A DNA stretch of 64,000 bases from Desulfomicrobium sp. (GCA_040768745.1 JAXGMI010000002.1:608001-672000), one strand, 5' to 3'. Positions 31,645 through 41,509 are shown, counted from the stretch's first letter. The notes: generated by a model not told the origin, from the letters alone. Numbers and translations are program-made.

Positions 31645-32877
31645 TCACAAAAACCCGAACATCCACAGCGGAATCCTGCGCCCCACGCCTATCTCGATAT
31701 TGTCGAGGGCCAGCCAGGCGTTTTCCACCCCTTGTATCTGGCCGCCGTCCTTGCCTTTCCCGCCGATCTCGAAGGTCAGGCGGCCGTCGATCAGGAAATC
31801 ACCCTTGGGGGCAACCCTGACCGTGTGGTCCGCCTGCAGCATGCTCAGGAAGAACGTTTCGCGGACAGCGCCCCTGTCCGCTGCCGAATGGCCGGAAAGG
31901 GCATGGTAGAGATTGGGGTTGTTCAGATAGATCTTCTCGGGCTTCTCCATGGCGCGCAGGCCCTTGTCGCTCTTGGACACGGTCAGCAGAATGCCAGCCT
32001 CCTCCAGAAATCCGAGATACGTTTTCAAGGTGCGCTCATCGCCTATCTCAAGCATGCCCTTGAGGGCTTTCATATCCGGGGTGAACGGCACCAGCCCTGC
32101 AACGACGGCCAGCAGTTTGCGCATCTTGCGGATACTCGCCCCGCCAAGGGCGGGATGGATGGCGGGCAGATCCACCTCCAGGGCGGCCTGGACCTGCTGG
32201 ATCAGCGAGAGCTGGAACTGCGCCATGTCGGGATATTCCAGAAAATACGGATAATACCCGCGCGTCAGATAGTCGTTGAAAAGAGGCAGCACCTTGTGCC
32301 CGCCCTGCTCCAGTTCGTGGACAATCCGCTCCGCCGCCCGCTCATGGCCCTCTGCAAGTTCCGAGAGCGCCAGCCGGCCGAACTCCAGCCCGTGGACCAT
32401 GCCGAGATACTCCCGAAACGACAGTCCCCGCATCCGCAGAACCAGGGCCCTGCGGCTCAGGTCATGGCTGCCGCGCACAATCTCCAGGGCCGAACTGCCC
32501 GAAGCGATGATTTTCAGACCGGGGAAGGTGTCGGCCATGCTTTTGAGTTCCATGGACCAGGATGGATATTTGTGGATTTCATCAAAGCAGATGACCTCCC
32601 CGCCATACTTGTGGAATTCATCGGCGATCTCATACAGCGACGAACGTGCGACCAGAAAATGGTCCGCCTGCACATACAAGCCCTTGCGCGTGAAAACATC
32701 GCCGCCACTGCCGGCCAGGAGGTGCTGGATCATGACCGTGGTCTTCCCGACCCCACGCGGGCCGACGATAATGTGAAATCGCCCTCCTGAAAGAACATCC
32801 TCGAAGAGAGGACGCCTGTAGGGGCGATTGCGGACGCGGATCAATGTCTGACTGAGGCCGAAAAGGTCGTCGAGCAT
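31645..32877 (-). CDS. AAA+ ATPase with DUF4143-type C-terminal domain
   Basis: GPRGVGKTT, FDEIHKY, ASGSSAL, LSRR, RGYYP, KPEKIYLNNPNL and GDFLID...FEIGGK. Confidence 0.88.
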   Translation of the reverse strand: MLDDLFGLSQTLIRVRNRPYRRPLFEDVLSGGRFHIIVGPRGVGKTTVMIQHLLAGSGGDVFTRKGLYVQADHFLVARSSLYEIADEFHKYGGEVICFDEIHKYPSWSMELKSMADTFPGLKIIASGSSALEIVRGSHDLSRRALVLRMRGLSFREYLGMVHGLEFGRLALSELAEGHERAAERIVHELEQGGHKVLPLFNDYLTRGYYPYFLEYPDMAQFQLSLIQQVQAALEVDLPAIHPALGGASIRKMRKLLAVVAGLVPFTPDMKALKGMLEIGDERTLKTYLGFLEEAGILLTVSKSDKGLRAMEKPEKIYLNNPNLYHALSGHSAADRGAVRETFFLSMLQADHTVRVAPKGDFLIDGRLTFEIGGKGKDGGQIQGVENAWLALDNIEIGVGRRIPLWMFGFL

Positions 32878-32968
32878 GGCGATCTCCGGAAAGATAGGAT
32901 TTGAATCCGATCGTATTTGAGCTTTATTAGGATCGCAATACTATTTTTTGCGGCGAGTGGTGATTGGG

Positions 32969-32996
32969 GGAAATCCTGGAAATACTGGGAAATACT
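32969..32996. repeat. Three tandem 9-10 bp units abutting the left inverted repeat of the Y1 element
   Basis: GGAAATCCT GGAAATACT G GGAAATACT directly followed by GGGGTCAGATC. Confidence 0.8.
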
Positions 32997-33913
32997 GGGG
33001 TCAGATCTTGAATCTTGAATTATTCAACCTTCCTGATGATTTTACTGACCGTCGAATAGTGCAATCCTGTTGCGGCAGCAACGTGTGCCTGGGTGTATCC
33101 GTACACATGGCAGGCCTTGAGGATGGCTGCGTCACGCTGCGCACGGCCTTCTGTGCCCTGTAATATCTCCTCCAAGGCCGGACGGTCGGCAAAACGCTGA
33201 ATGCGAGGGATCTCCTTGAAAGCGCTTTTGTCCTTGAGCAGGGGAAAAAGCTTCTCCAGAAACGGGTCGTCTCCGAGCAGGCACTGTCCTTTGAGGTCAT
33301 TCCATGGCGATTCGGAATCCAGCCCTGCCTTGACAAAAAGACGGTACTCTTTCCGGGCCTGGACGCGATCAGTGCCGAACTGTTCCAGAATCCAGTCCAC
33401 AGCCAGAAAATCCGGTTTCTTTCCTAGCCCTGCCGTGGCCCGGTAACTGGACCATGGATACTTTCCAGGCTCCTTGACCATCCCGGCCCTTACGGGGTTG
33501 AGGACAATATATCGGCACAGTTCGAGAAGATAGGCGTCCCGGTCAACGACAATGGATTTGAACCGCCCTTGCAGCACGTGACCAACCCGGGCATGCCGCC
33601 GGTTGAATGCCTGCGTGTAGACGCTGTTGAACTGGCGCATGGCCTTGGACAGATTGGCGTCTGGAGTCTCAAGCAGGAGATGGAAGTGGTTGGTCATCAG
33701 GCAATACCCATGGCAGATCACGTTGAACCGGCGCATTGTCAGTCCGAGGACGGAGAGAAAGGTGTTCCTGTCGATGTCGTCCAGAAAAATGGAAGCCTGG
33801 GCGTTGCCCCGGGATGTCACATGGTAGATGGCTCCCGGAAATTCTATGCGGAGTGGTCGGGCCATGGTGAAGAAATACTCCGAAAAAATTCAATATTCAA
33901 GATCTGACCCCAG
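32995..33913 (-). mobile_element. Y1 HUH (RAYT-like) element bounded by 27-bp inverted repeats
   Basis: CTGGGGTCAGATCTTGAATCTTGAATT (32995-33021) versus the reverse complement of 33887-33913, CTGGGGTCAGATCTTGAATATTGAATT: 26/27 identical; encloses one ORF. Confidence 0.8.
33020..33865 (-). CDS. REP-associated tyrosine transposase-like protein (Y1_Tnp) with C-terminal HTH
   Basis: YHVTSRGN, LMTNHFHLL (HUH), RYIVLNPVRAG (catalytic Tyr), YPWSSY; C-terminal YTQAHVAAATGLHYSTVSKII HTH. Confidence 0.92.
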   Translation of the reverse strand: MARPLRIEFPGAIYHVTSRGNAQASIFLDDIDRNTFLSVLGLTMRRFNVICHGYCLMTNHFHLLLETPDANLSKAMRQFNSVYTQAFNRRHARVGHVLQGRFKSIVVDRDAYLLELCRYIVLNPVRAGMVKEPGKYPWSSYRATAGLGKKPDFLAVDWILEQFGTDRVQARKEYRLFVKAGLDSESPWNDLKGQCLLGDDPFLEKLFPLLKDKSAFKEIPRIQRFADRPALEEILQGTEGRAQRDAAILKACHVYGYTQAHVAAATGLHYSTVSKIIRKVE

Positions 33914-33919
33914 GTTTCC

Positions 33920-34227
33920 GTGCGATGAGCTTGATGAGCGGCAGCAGCACCTGTACGCCGCTCGACCCCACAGTGTAGGCGATCAGCGCGCAAACGCCGT
34001 ACGGGCGTACTGCATGACGGCTGCCGTGATTTTGATCATGACGGCGTTGGCCGCGTCGAAAATCCTGGCCAGCGGGGCTCCTTTCTCGCCCAGGGCGGAC
34101 AGGGCGAAGCCGAAGAAAATGGCAAAGAAAATCGTTTGCAGAAGATTGCCGGTGGCGAGGGATTCAAAGGGGTTCAATGGGATGATGTTCAACAGGGTCT
34201 GGATCGCGCCGGGAGGGCTGACTTCAT
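33920..34227 (-). pseudogene. Internal fragment of a dicarboxylate/amino acid:cation symporter (DAACS)
   Basis: LLNIIPLNPFESLATGNLLQTIFFAIFFGFAL...KITAAVMQYA; after a 1-nt frameshift continues PYGVCALIAYTVGSSGVQVLLPLIKLIA up to the Y1 element end; both termini missing. Confidence 0.82.
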
Positions 34228-34241
34228 GGCTGAACTGCGAC

Positions 34242-35006
34242 TCAGCTTTTCGCTTCCCTGACGATGGCTTCGGCCAGAATCTGGGCAGCATCGAACATTC
34301 GTGTCGCGGGCGTGATCTGACCTCCAATGATGGACAGCTCCGTGCAGGCCACGAGGATTACCTGGGCTCCCCGCCGCGCCAGATTGTCGACGACGTTCTG
34401 GATCGCTTCGACCACCTCGGGCCCGTAACTGCTGGTTTTGATTTTTCGGATGGCGGACATGACGACGCCCTGTTCGCCAGGTTCCATGTCCATGAGCCTG
34501 ACGCCTGCATCGGCGAACCGCTCGTTGTAGAGGCCCAGGTCGAAAACCGCGCTGGAGGCCAGCAGGCCCACGGTTTTCAGGTCCGGGACCTCAGAGGTGA
34601 TGGCGTTCACCGACAGGCCGATCATGTCGAGAAGAGGGATGCTCACCGCCTGCTGGACGCCTTGATGATAGTAGTGGGCCGTGTTGCAGGGGATGGCCAG
34701 GAAATCGACCCCCCATTTCTCCAGGCGACGGGCCATGTCCTGCAGGCATCCAAGAGGGCTTTCTCCGGTTTTTTCGATCAGGGCCCTGATGCGCGAGGGA
34801 ACCTTGGGGTTGTTGTCCACAAGCATGCGGATGTGGTCTATGTCGTCTTTGGCCGTGGTTGCCTTGATGACTCGGTTCATGAGGTCGACGGTTGACTCTG
34901 GCCCCATGCCTCCGAGTATCCCGACTATTTTTTCGCGCCCGCTTGGAGCGGCGGTCGGCTCATGAGCCTGTGAGGATAGGTCGGGCGGTGCGGCGAAGTA
35001 CATCAT
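34242..35006 (-). CDS. Aspartate/glutamate racemase family amino acid racemase
   Basis: GILGGMGPEST, IPCNTAH and ACTELS (two catalytic Cys). Confidence 0.92.
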   Translation of the reverse strand: MMYFAAPPDLSSQAHEPTAAPSGREKIVGILGGMGPESTVDLMNRVIKATTAKDDIDHIRMLVDNNPKVPSRIRALIEKTGESPLGCLQDMARRLEKWGVDFLAIPCNTAHYYHQGVQQAVSIPLLDMIGLSVNAITSEVPDLKTVGLLASSAVFDLGLYNERFADAGVRLMDMEPGEQGVVMSAIRKIKTSSYGPEVVEAIQNVVDNLARRGAQVILVACTELSIIGGQITPATRMFDAAQILAEAIVREAKS

Positions 35007-35095
35007 GTTTCCTTGTTTTAGTTCACTATTTCACAAGTGTTCCGAAAAAAATCCCCGCCAAGGCGGCCCATGGCCGCCCTGACAGGGAGCGTGCA

Positions 35096-36091
35096 TCAGA
35101 ATACCTTCTGGTACGCATACAGGGCGGGCGAACCGCCGGTATGCAGGAACAGGACATTGGACCCTTCGGGGAAATGCCCCTTGCGCACCAGGTCGACCAG
35201 GCCGGCCATGGCTTTGCCCGAATACACGGGGTCAAGGAGGATGGCCTCGGTGGAGGCCAGCAGCTTGACCGCCTCGACCATGGAGTCCGTGGGCAGGGAG
35301 TATCCGGGGCCGACGTAGCCGTCGAAGCATTCCACCGCTTCTTTCGCAATGGGCGTCGCCACACCGACGCGCTCGGCAGTAGCTTCAACCAGCTTGTAAA
35401 CCAGGTTTTCCTGGTCGGCCTTGGTGCGGCTGACGTTAATACCGGAAACGGGGATGCCTGCGTTGTTGCCCTGCATTCCGACTACGATGCCCGCATGAGT
35501 TCCAGCGGAACCGCTGGGAACAACCATGTGATCGATTTTGAGGCCCATGTCGAAGAGCTGTTGCAGGGTCTCCTGGGCGCAGGCGACATAGCCGGTGGCT
35601 CCGATGGTGTTGGAGGCTCCGCCGGGAATGATATAGGGGGTCTTGCCCTTGGCTTTGAGTGCATCGGCCACCGTCTGCATCTCGGCCAGCATGTTGGAGC
35701 CGCCGGGCACCACGGTGATGCTCTTGACGCCCATCAGTTGGAAAAGAAAGTTGTTGCCGGAAGCTTCGGGGCTGTACGAGCCCTTGACGCGTTCTTCGAG
35801 CACCAGATGGCAATCCAGACCTTCCTTGACCGCCCAGGACAGAGTCAGCCGGCAATGGTTGGACTGGACCGCGCCGCAGGTGATGACGGTGTCAGCGCCG
35901 TTGTCGAGGGCGTCCGCGATGCAGAAATCCAGTTTACGGGTTTTGTTGCCGCCGGCGCAACCGGGCAGGAGATCGTCACGCTTGATGAAGATATTGACCT
36001 TGCCTCCAAGGGCTTTGGAAAACGCGGGAAGGGCTTCGATGGGGGTTGGTGTCGTAACGTATCCACGGCGAGAAAATTTTGCCAAATTCAT
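35096..36091 (-). CDS. D-cysteine desulfhydrase / D-cysteate sulfo-lyase family PLP enzyme
   Basis: IKRDDL, GGNKTRKL (PLP Lys), QSNHCR, SGSAGT, LDPVYSGK and FLHTGG. Confidence 0.92.
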   Translation of the reverse strand: MNLAKFSRRGYVTTPTPIEALPAFSKALGGKVNIFIKRDDLLPGCAGGNKTRKLDFCIADALDNGADTVITCGAVQSNHCRLTLSWAVKEGLDCHLVLEERVKGSYSPEASGNNFLFQLMGVKSITVVPGGSNMLAEMQTVADALKAKGKTPYIIPGGASNTIGATGYVACAQETLQQLFDMGLKIDHMVVPSGSAGTHAGIVVGMQGNNAGIPVSGINVSRTKADQENLVYKLVEATAERVGVATPIAKEAVECFDGYVGPGYSLPTDSMVEAVKLLASTEAILLDPVYSGKAMAGLVDLVRKGHFPEGSNVLFLHTGGSPALYAYQKVF

Positions 36092-36113
36092 ATCGGAACT
36101 CCTTGTTGTGAAA

Positions 36114-36500
36114 TTATTTGAGAGAGATGATTGCTTCCATTTCGATGTCCGCTCCAAGAGGCAGGGCCGCCACTTGCACAGCGCTGCGAGCCGGAAATGG
36201 GGCGGAAAAATACGTTGCGTAGACTTCGTTCATTTCCTTGAAATCCTGCAAGTCGGTCAGAAAAACTGTTGTCTTGACGACGTCGTCCAAAGTGCCACCA
36301 GCTTCTTCGACAATGGCGCGCAGGTTTTCAAAAACTTGGCGGGCGCGTTTTCCGATGGAGCCTTCGGGCATTTTTCCGGTCTCCGGATTGATGGGCAACT
36401 GGCCCGATGCGAAAAGCAGGTTTCCGGCGATGATCGCCTGGGAATACGGCCCGATCGCTCCAGGTGCGTTTGTTGACGATACACTCTGTTTGCCAGCCAT
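36114..36500 (-). CDS. RidA family imine deaminase
   Basis: APGAIGPYSQA, SGQLP and FPARSAVQVAALP..ADIEME. Confidence 0.93.
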   Translation of the reverse strand: MAGKQSVSSTNAPGAIGPYSQAIIAGNLLFASGQLPINPETGKMPEGSIGKRARQVFENLRAIVEEAGGTLDDVVKTTVFLTDLQDFKEMNEVYATYFSAPFPARSAVQVAALPLGADIEMEAIISLK

Positions 36501-36627
36501 AAGCGAAACTCCTTAATTCTCGTTTAAGTAATGTCGAATGTCGACATTACAATAAATTTCGTTCCCTCAGCATTGAGAATTTTGTGGTGACATTTTTGTA
36601 GCGACTTCATTTCCAAGTAAGTTTCGC

Positions 36628-37890
36628 TCAAGCAGACCCGGTGAGAGATGATCTGGTCATCGCTGCGAGTTGCAAGTTGTCGATAGCCCGTTCGCGGAGC
36701 AAACATTCGGCTTCTGAAAAACGGGACTGAAGCATATTGATCGCAACGACGATGGTCTGTGCGTACATTTCCAGATCATCATCAGTCAGCATAGGGATCT
36801 GATGGTGCGAGATATACTCCTTTGATACGGCAGATGAGATGACTGCAGCCGTTCCAGGAAGCAATCCGCCATGGTCAACGATATCGTTCACTCCATTGCT
36901 CATGAAGACCACCCCTCCCAAATCATGTTTGACCAAGGTGGCAAGTTCGCCGGCAATGGCGTTTTTCTCGCCACAATTGTCGGCCTTTGCAAAGCGATTA
37001 CCGAGATCGATTATTTTCTGGCCAATTGCCTGGGTCGCCTCCTTCAATGCTCCCGATCTCCTCGGGTATGGATTTGGCGGTAGATAAACAGGATAACCGA
37101 GGCTCTCGGCTGCTGCTGCCAGACAATCGCCGACAACGGAGTTGTCATGCTCTTGGTTGGCGCGAACAATAAGTGTAGTATTTTCTATCACCTCTTTCCA
37201 GAAAGGGACATACGCTTTAGACTCAACGATGATGGTCGGAAGCGTTTTCATGCCGAGAATATCCATCAACAGGCCCTTGTTGCCGACGGGTACATTGCCT
37301 TCAGTGTCCTCGTTAGGGCCAAGGCCGCCCAATCCCGCGTTGACAGTAAGCATTGTCGAGACGGGTACCCCGTTGATCTGCAGAATGGCGCCAAGGTAAC
37401 ATCCACAACTTTGTGGCGTGTCTTCTTCGAAGAAGTGGAATTTGTCTGGATACCTCGCAAGAAAGGTAGCTACGACAGCCCTGGCCAGGGCCGCGATGAA
37501 TGTGGCGGGTATTTCGAGAACACCCTGGCCATGGACCCGGCCAAAGATCGTGGTAGCCAGTGTTTGAGGGCAGAGGCCGTTTTTCCCCAGAGCCGTCTGC
37601 ATCAAAGCCGCCTCGGCTGGGGTGATCCCACATCGGGCAACCGCGGTACCGCAGCCTCCCCCTTCAAGAGTGATGGAGATTTTTCCCTGATCAGTAGCAA
37701 CTTCGATTTGGGCAATCCGTAAATCCACCTGGGCGGCCAGGTGGAATAGTTTGCCAAGAACTGAAAACCCAGCCCCATCTTCTTGAACAAAACCGGAATG
37801 ACTGTGGGCATGACTTACGCCGATGTGCCCAGCCAAGCCAACTTTACCAGTTTTTTCCGTAGAAAATGAAATATCCATGTGTTTATCCAT
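36628..37890 (-). CDS. Hypothetical soluble protein (about 420 aa)
   Basis: Long ORF co-oriented within the operon, 6 nt after the dctM stop; GHIGVSHAHSH motif; no family recognised. Confidence 0.8.
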   Translation of the reverse strand: MDKHMDISFSTEKTGKVGLAGHIGVSHAHSHSGFVQEDGAGFSVLGKLFHLAAQVDLRIAQIEVATDQGKISITLEGGGCGTAVARCGITPAEAALMQTALGKNGLCPQTLATTIFGRVHGQGVLEIPATFIAALARAVVATFLARYPDKFHFFEEDTPQSCGCYLGAILQINGVPVSTMLTVNAGLGGLGPNEDTEGNVPVGNKGLLMDILGMKTLPTIIVESKAYVPFWKEVIENTTLIVRANQEHDNSVVGDCLAAAAESLGYPVYLPPNPYPRRSGALKEATQAIGQKIIDLGNRFAKADNCGEKNAIAGELATLVKHDLGGVVFMSNGVNDIVDHGGLLPGTAAVISSAVSKEYISHHQIPMLTDDDLEMYAQTIVVAINMLQSRFSEAECLLRERAIDNLQLAAMTRSSLTGSA

Positions 37891-37896
37891 TGGATG

Positions 37897-39168
37897 TTAC
37901 AAAAGGCAAAGCACAATTTGCGGGACAAATGCCAAGACAATAATACAACCCACCATTGCCGCGATAAAGGGAAGCACGGCATAGCTCAGTTTTTCGATAC
38001 TAATTCCACTTATTCCGCAACCAACAAAAAGGTTCACTCCTACCGGTGGGGTAAGAAAGCCCACGGAGACAGCGGCGATCATAACTATGCCGAAATGCGT
38101 CATGTCGATACCGGCCTGAACCACCAGAGGTTGAAGCAGGGGGGTCAGGATGAGGATGTTGGCCAGAGCGTCCATAAAAGTGCCGAGAACCAGCAGCATC
38201 AGAATAATAACCAGAAAGAAGATTATTTTGTTCTCGGTCAGGCCAGAGAGCAGGCCGACCATGGCGTTAGGGACATTGTAAATCAAAAGAATCTGCCCCA
38301 GAGCAGAGGCAGTTGCAACTACCAAGAAAATAGTCGCAGTGGTGATGGTGGTATTGCGCAGAATCTGCCAACACTTTGATTTGTCGAGTCTTCTCAACAG
38401 AAATCCTTCAACAATGAAGGCGTAAGTGACGGCGATTGCCCCAGCCTCAGTCGGAGTTGTAATCCCACCATAAATACCGCCGAGGACAATGACAGGAACC
38501 GCCAAGGCGTATTTCGCTCCCTGGAAAGCTTGCCAGGTCTGCTTATGGGAGGCTTTCGGGCTTTTTGTCTCAAAGCCGTGATACTTTGACAGGACATAAC
38601 AGGTAAACATGAGAATGATGCCGATGAACACACCGGGAACGACCCCGGCAATGAACAAATCACCCACCGAAACATTTGCAGTTGTCCCGTAAATGATCAG
38701 CGGGACACTCGGGGGAATCATCACCCCGAGACAGCCGGCTGTAACGTTGGTGGCGGTGGAGAATGATTTCGAGAACCCCTCTTTTTCCATGGAGGGAATC
38801 ATTATCCCGCCAACCGCGGCCACCGTCGCCGGTGCTGACCCGCTGAGCGCCCCGTAAAACATGCAGGTGAGCACGGAGACCTGGGCCAGGCCACCAGTGA
38901 CGTGTCCTATCAAACAGCGTGAGAGACGCAGTAGAGCCTCGGCCATGCTCCCCTTCTGCATGATCTCGCCGGCCATTATAAAAAAAGGCACAGCAAGAAG
39001 CGGGAAGGCGTCCAGGGAAAAAAACATCTTCTGCATGAGAAACTGCACCGGGATGTCGCCCGCGACCACTGCTATGACAACACTCAGACCAAGTGCGACA
39101 GCAATGGGTACGCTCAAAAGCAGCAATATCGGCAGAGAGACAGCAATAAGCAGGATGGGAAGGTCCAT
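37897..39168 (-). CDS. dctM: TRAP transporter large permease
   Basis: LLAVPFFIMAGEIM, GALSGS, MIPPS, TPTEAG and LTPPVGVNLFV. Confidence 0.94.
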   Translation of the reverse strand: MDLPILLIAVSLPILLLLSVPIAVALGLSVVIAVVAGDIPVQFLMQKMFFSLDAFPLLAVPFFIMAGEIMQKGSMAEALLRLSRCLIGHVTGGLAQVSVLTCMFYGALSGSAPATVAAVGGIMIPSMEKEGFSKSFSTATNVTAGCLGVMIPPSVPLIIYGTTANVSVGDLFIAGVVPGVFIGIILMFTCYVLSKYHGFETKSPKASHKQTWQAFQGAKYALAVPVIVLGGIYGGITTPTEAGAIAVTYAFIVEGFLLRRLDKSKCWQILRNTTITTATIFLVVATASALGQILLIYNVPNAMVGLLSGLTENKIIFFLVIILMLLVLGTFMDALANILILTPLLQPLVVQAGIDMTHFGIVMIAAVSVGFLTPPVGVNLFVGCGISGISIEKLSYAVLPFIAAMVGCIIVLAFVPQIVLCLL

Positions 39169-39256
39169 AATGCACTGCTCCTTGTCTTGAACAGGTTGCG
39201 TGACTGAAGTCGGTATTCAGCAGAGTTGCAAAGAGAGACCTGCTGCAAAGCCGAAA

Positions 39257-39754
39257 TTAAATAAATAACGCTTCGTTACCGCCGTCTTTTTTTAATACAA
39301 TATCTTTGATGACAACGATTGTGCGTAGAGCCATCAGTAAAAAACCGAGGGGGATACAGACATAGGCGATCCACATGGGAAATTGCAGGGCGGGGGCAAC
39401 CTGATTGGATTCGATAACGAACTGGGTCATCATGATCCCCCAAACAAACATGATGCCGCAGAATACAACGGTGATCAGATATGCCAGTATGGTAAAATAA
39501 TTGCCGATCTTTGCCCCGAATACTGTTCGGGCTATGGTGACTTCGAGATGGCGTCTCTCCGCTGCGGCAAAACTCGATCCGACATAGACGGCAAAAATAA
39601 ACAGATAACGGGCGAGTTCTTCCGGCCAGTCCAGGGATTGCTGGAGGACATATCTCTGAAAAACCTGAAGAACGATGATTATTGCCATAGCCCCAAGAGC
39701 ACATGACGAGACGATCTCTTCAAATTTGTTGAGCCATTGCCAAAATGTCGCCAT
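39257..39754 (-). CDS. dctQ: TRAP transporter small permease
   Basis: Four TM helices; QVFQRYV...WPEELARY. Confidence 0.9.
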   Translation of the reverse strand: MATFWQWLNKFEEIVSSCALGAMAIIIVLQVFQRYVLQQSLDWPEELARYLFIFAVYVGSSFAAAERRHLEVTIARTVFGAKIGNYFTILAYLITVVFCGIMFVWGIMMTQFVIESNQVAPALQFPMWIAYVCIPLGFLLMALRTIVVIKDIVLKKDGGNEALFI

Positions 39755-40233
39755 TTCAACCTCGATGTGGTGGCCGGGGGATGTGATACATCCCCCGCCT
39801 CCACTCAGTGTTAGGTAATGAAGAATGACTGTTGATTATTGTCCGGCAACTGTCTTTTTCATCTCTTCAATCAACTCCGGCGGCACTTCTTTTGAGAACA
39901 TCGGAGCAACTTTTGACGTTGCGTCAATCCAACGTTGCCGTTCAGCCGGAGAGAGTTCGATGATTTCGCCTCCCATCGCCTTGATCTTTTCCAGAATCAT
40001 TGCTTCGTTGTTACGGATCTTGTCACGTTGGAATTTCTGCATGACGGCAAAAGATTCTCTTACCCACTGCTGCTCATTTGCTGGCAGACCTTCAAAAAAT
40101 TTCTTCGAGATCATTACCAGGTGGGGGCTGTAGAAGCTTCTGGTCAGAGTGACATATTTGGTGATTTCTCCTCTGGGATAGGGTTTTCTTGGACACCAAA
40201 TTGGGAGTAGAGAGACTCCCCATGAGGTGATTC

Positions 40234-40623
40234 ATGAGCAAACAAAGCGACAAGGATATTTCAGCCGTCTCCCCGGTGGAGGGAGGCCGTAGGCCGACTG
40301 GAACCGGGGAGACGAAGGCAACTCCCAAGCGATTCTGGGCACAGCACAAGACCGAGGCCGTCCTCCGGCTTCTGCGTGGTGAAGACATCGAAACGCTCAG
40401 TCGGGAACTCGGCGTGACGGCTGCCACGCTCTCACAATGGAGAGATGCCTTTCTGGCCGGTGGCGCGGATAGTCTCAAAAAACGCTCTCCGGCGGAGGAG
40501 GCCGAATACAAGCGCCTCAATGAGAAAATCGGCGAGCAGACCATGGAGATAGAACTGCTCCGCGAGAAGATCCGAATGATGGAGGCAAAAGACCCTTTGG
40601 GGTTGCGGAGGTCGAGGAAATGA
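40234..40623 (+). CDS. IS3-family OrfA (HTH)
   Basis: KTEAVLRLLRGEDIETLSRELGVTAATLSQWRDAF; overlaps orfB by ATGA. Confidence 0.85.
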   Translation: MSKQSDKDISAVSPVEGGRRPTGTGETKATPKRFWAQHKTEAVLRLLRGEDIETLSRELGVTAATLSQWRDAFLAGGADSLKKRSPAEEAEYKRLNEKIGEQTMEIELLREKIRMMEAKDPLGLRRSRK

Positions 40624-41509
40624 GCCGGTCCACCTCGCCCTCCACTGGTCAGACGTATGGGCTGGTGCTGGTTTGCCGGGTCTGGAATCTCCCCAGGTCC
40701 ACGCATTATGCACGCAAGGTTGCGAATGAGGGCACACCAAGCCGCCGAGGCCCTATTGGCTTCCACAGTGATGGGGAGTTGTTCGGGCACATCGTGGCAT
40801 GCATCCAGAACTCCCCTTTTACTGGTGAAGGCTATCGGAAAGTGTGGGCCAGGTTGCGTTTTGAGGGCATCAGAACGTCCCCCTGCGAACGCTTCGGATC
40901 ATGAGAGAGAACAACCTGCTCGCAGTGCGCAAGCCCGGCAGGCCGCATGGCCCCAAGGCGCATGACGGGACGATCAAGACTGCCCGGGTGGACGAGATGT
41001 GGGGCACGGACATGACCACGACGATGACCATGCAGGAAGGCAACGCTTCGATCTTCCTGGCCGTGGACCACTGCTCTCTGGAGTGTGTCGGCATCCACGC
41101 CGCTAAGTACGGGACGCGCTTTGAAGCCCTGGAGCCGATTCGCCAAGGTGTGCGCCACAGCTTTGGAGCCTTTGGACCCGCCGTGGCAGAGGGCCTGACC
41201 CTGCGACATGACAATGGTAGCCAGTACGTTTCCAGTGTGTTTCAAGAGGAGGTTTCCTTCCTGGGCATCCGGAGTTCGCCTGCTTTCGTCAGAGAACCCC
41301 AAGGCAACGGCATCGCCGAGAGGTTCGTGCGCACGCTCAAGGAAAACCTGCTCTGGGTCCGGCGGTTCGATACGGTCGAGGAACTCCGACTTGCCCTCTT
41401 GGAGTTCAAGGAGACGTACAACCGGGAATGGATCATTGGACGCCACGGCTACAAGACTCCGGCAGCGGTGCGGGCCATCCAGAAAGAGGCCGTGAACGTT
41501 GCGGCTTGA
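40620..41509 (+). pseudogene. IS3-family OrfB DDE transposase, frameshifted at a C5 run (40879-40883)
   Basis: GYRKVWARL in the first frame; WGTDMT, HDNGSQY and NGIAERFVRTLKE in the second; adding one C gives GIRTSPLRTLRIMREN. Confidence 0.8.

Noticed and set aside
31577..33021. CRISPR array from the short repeats at 31577 and 32969
   Set aside because: Units are 9-12 bp with no spacers, and no cas genes are present.
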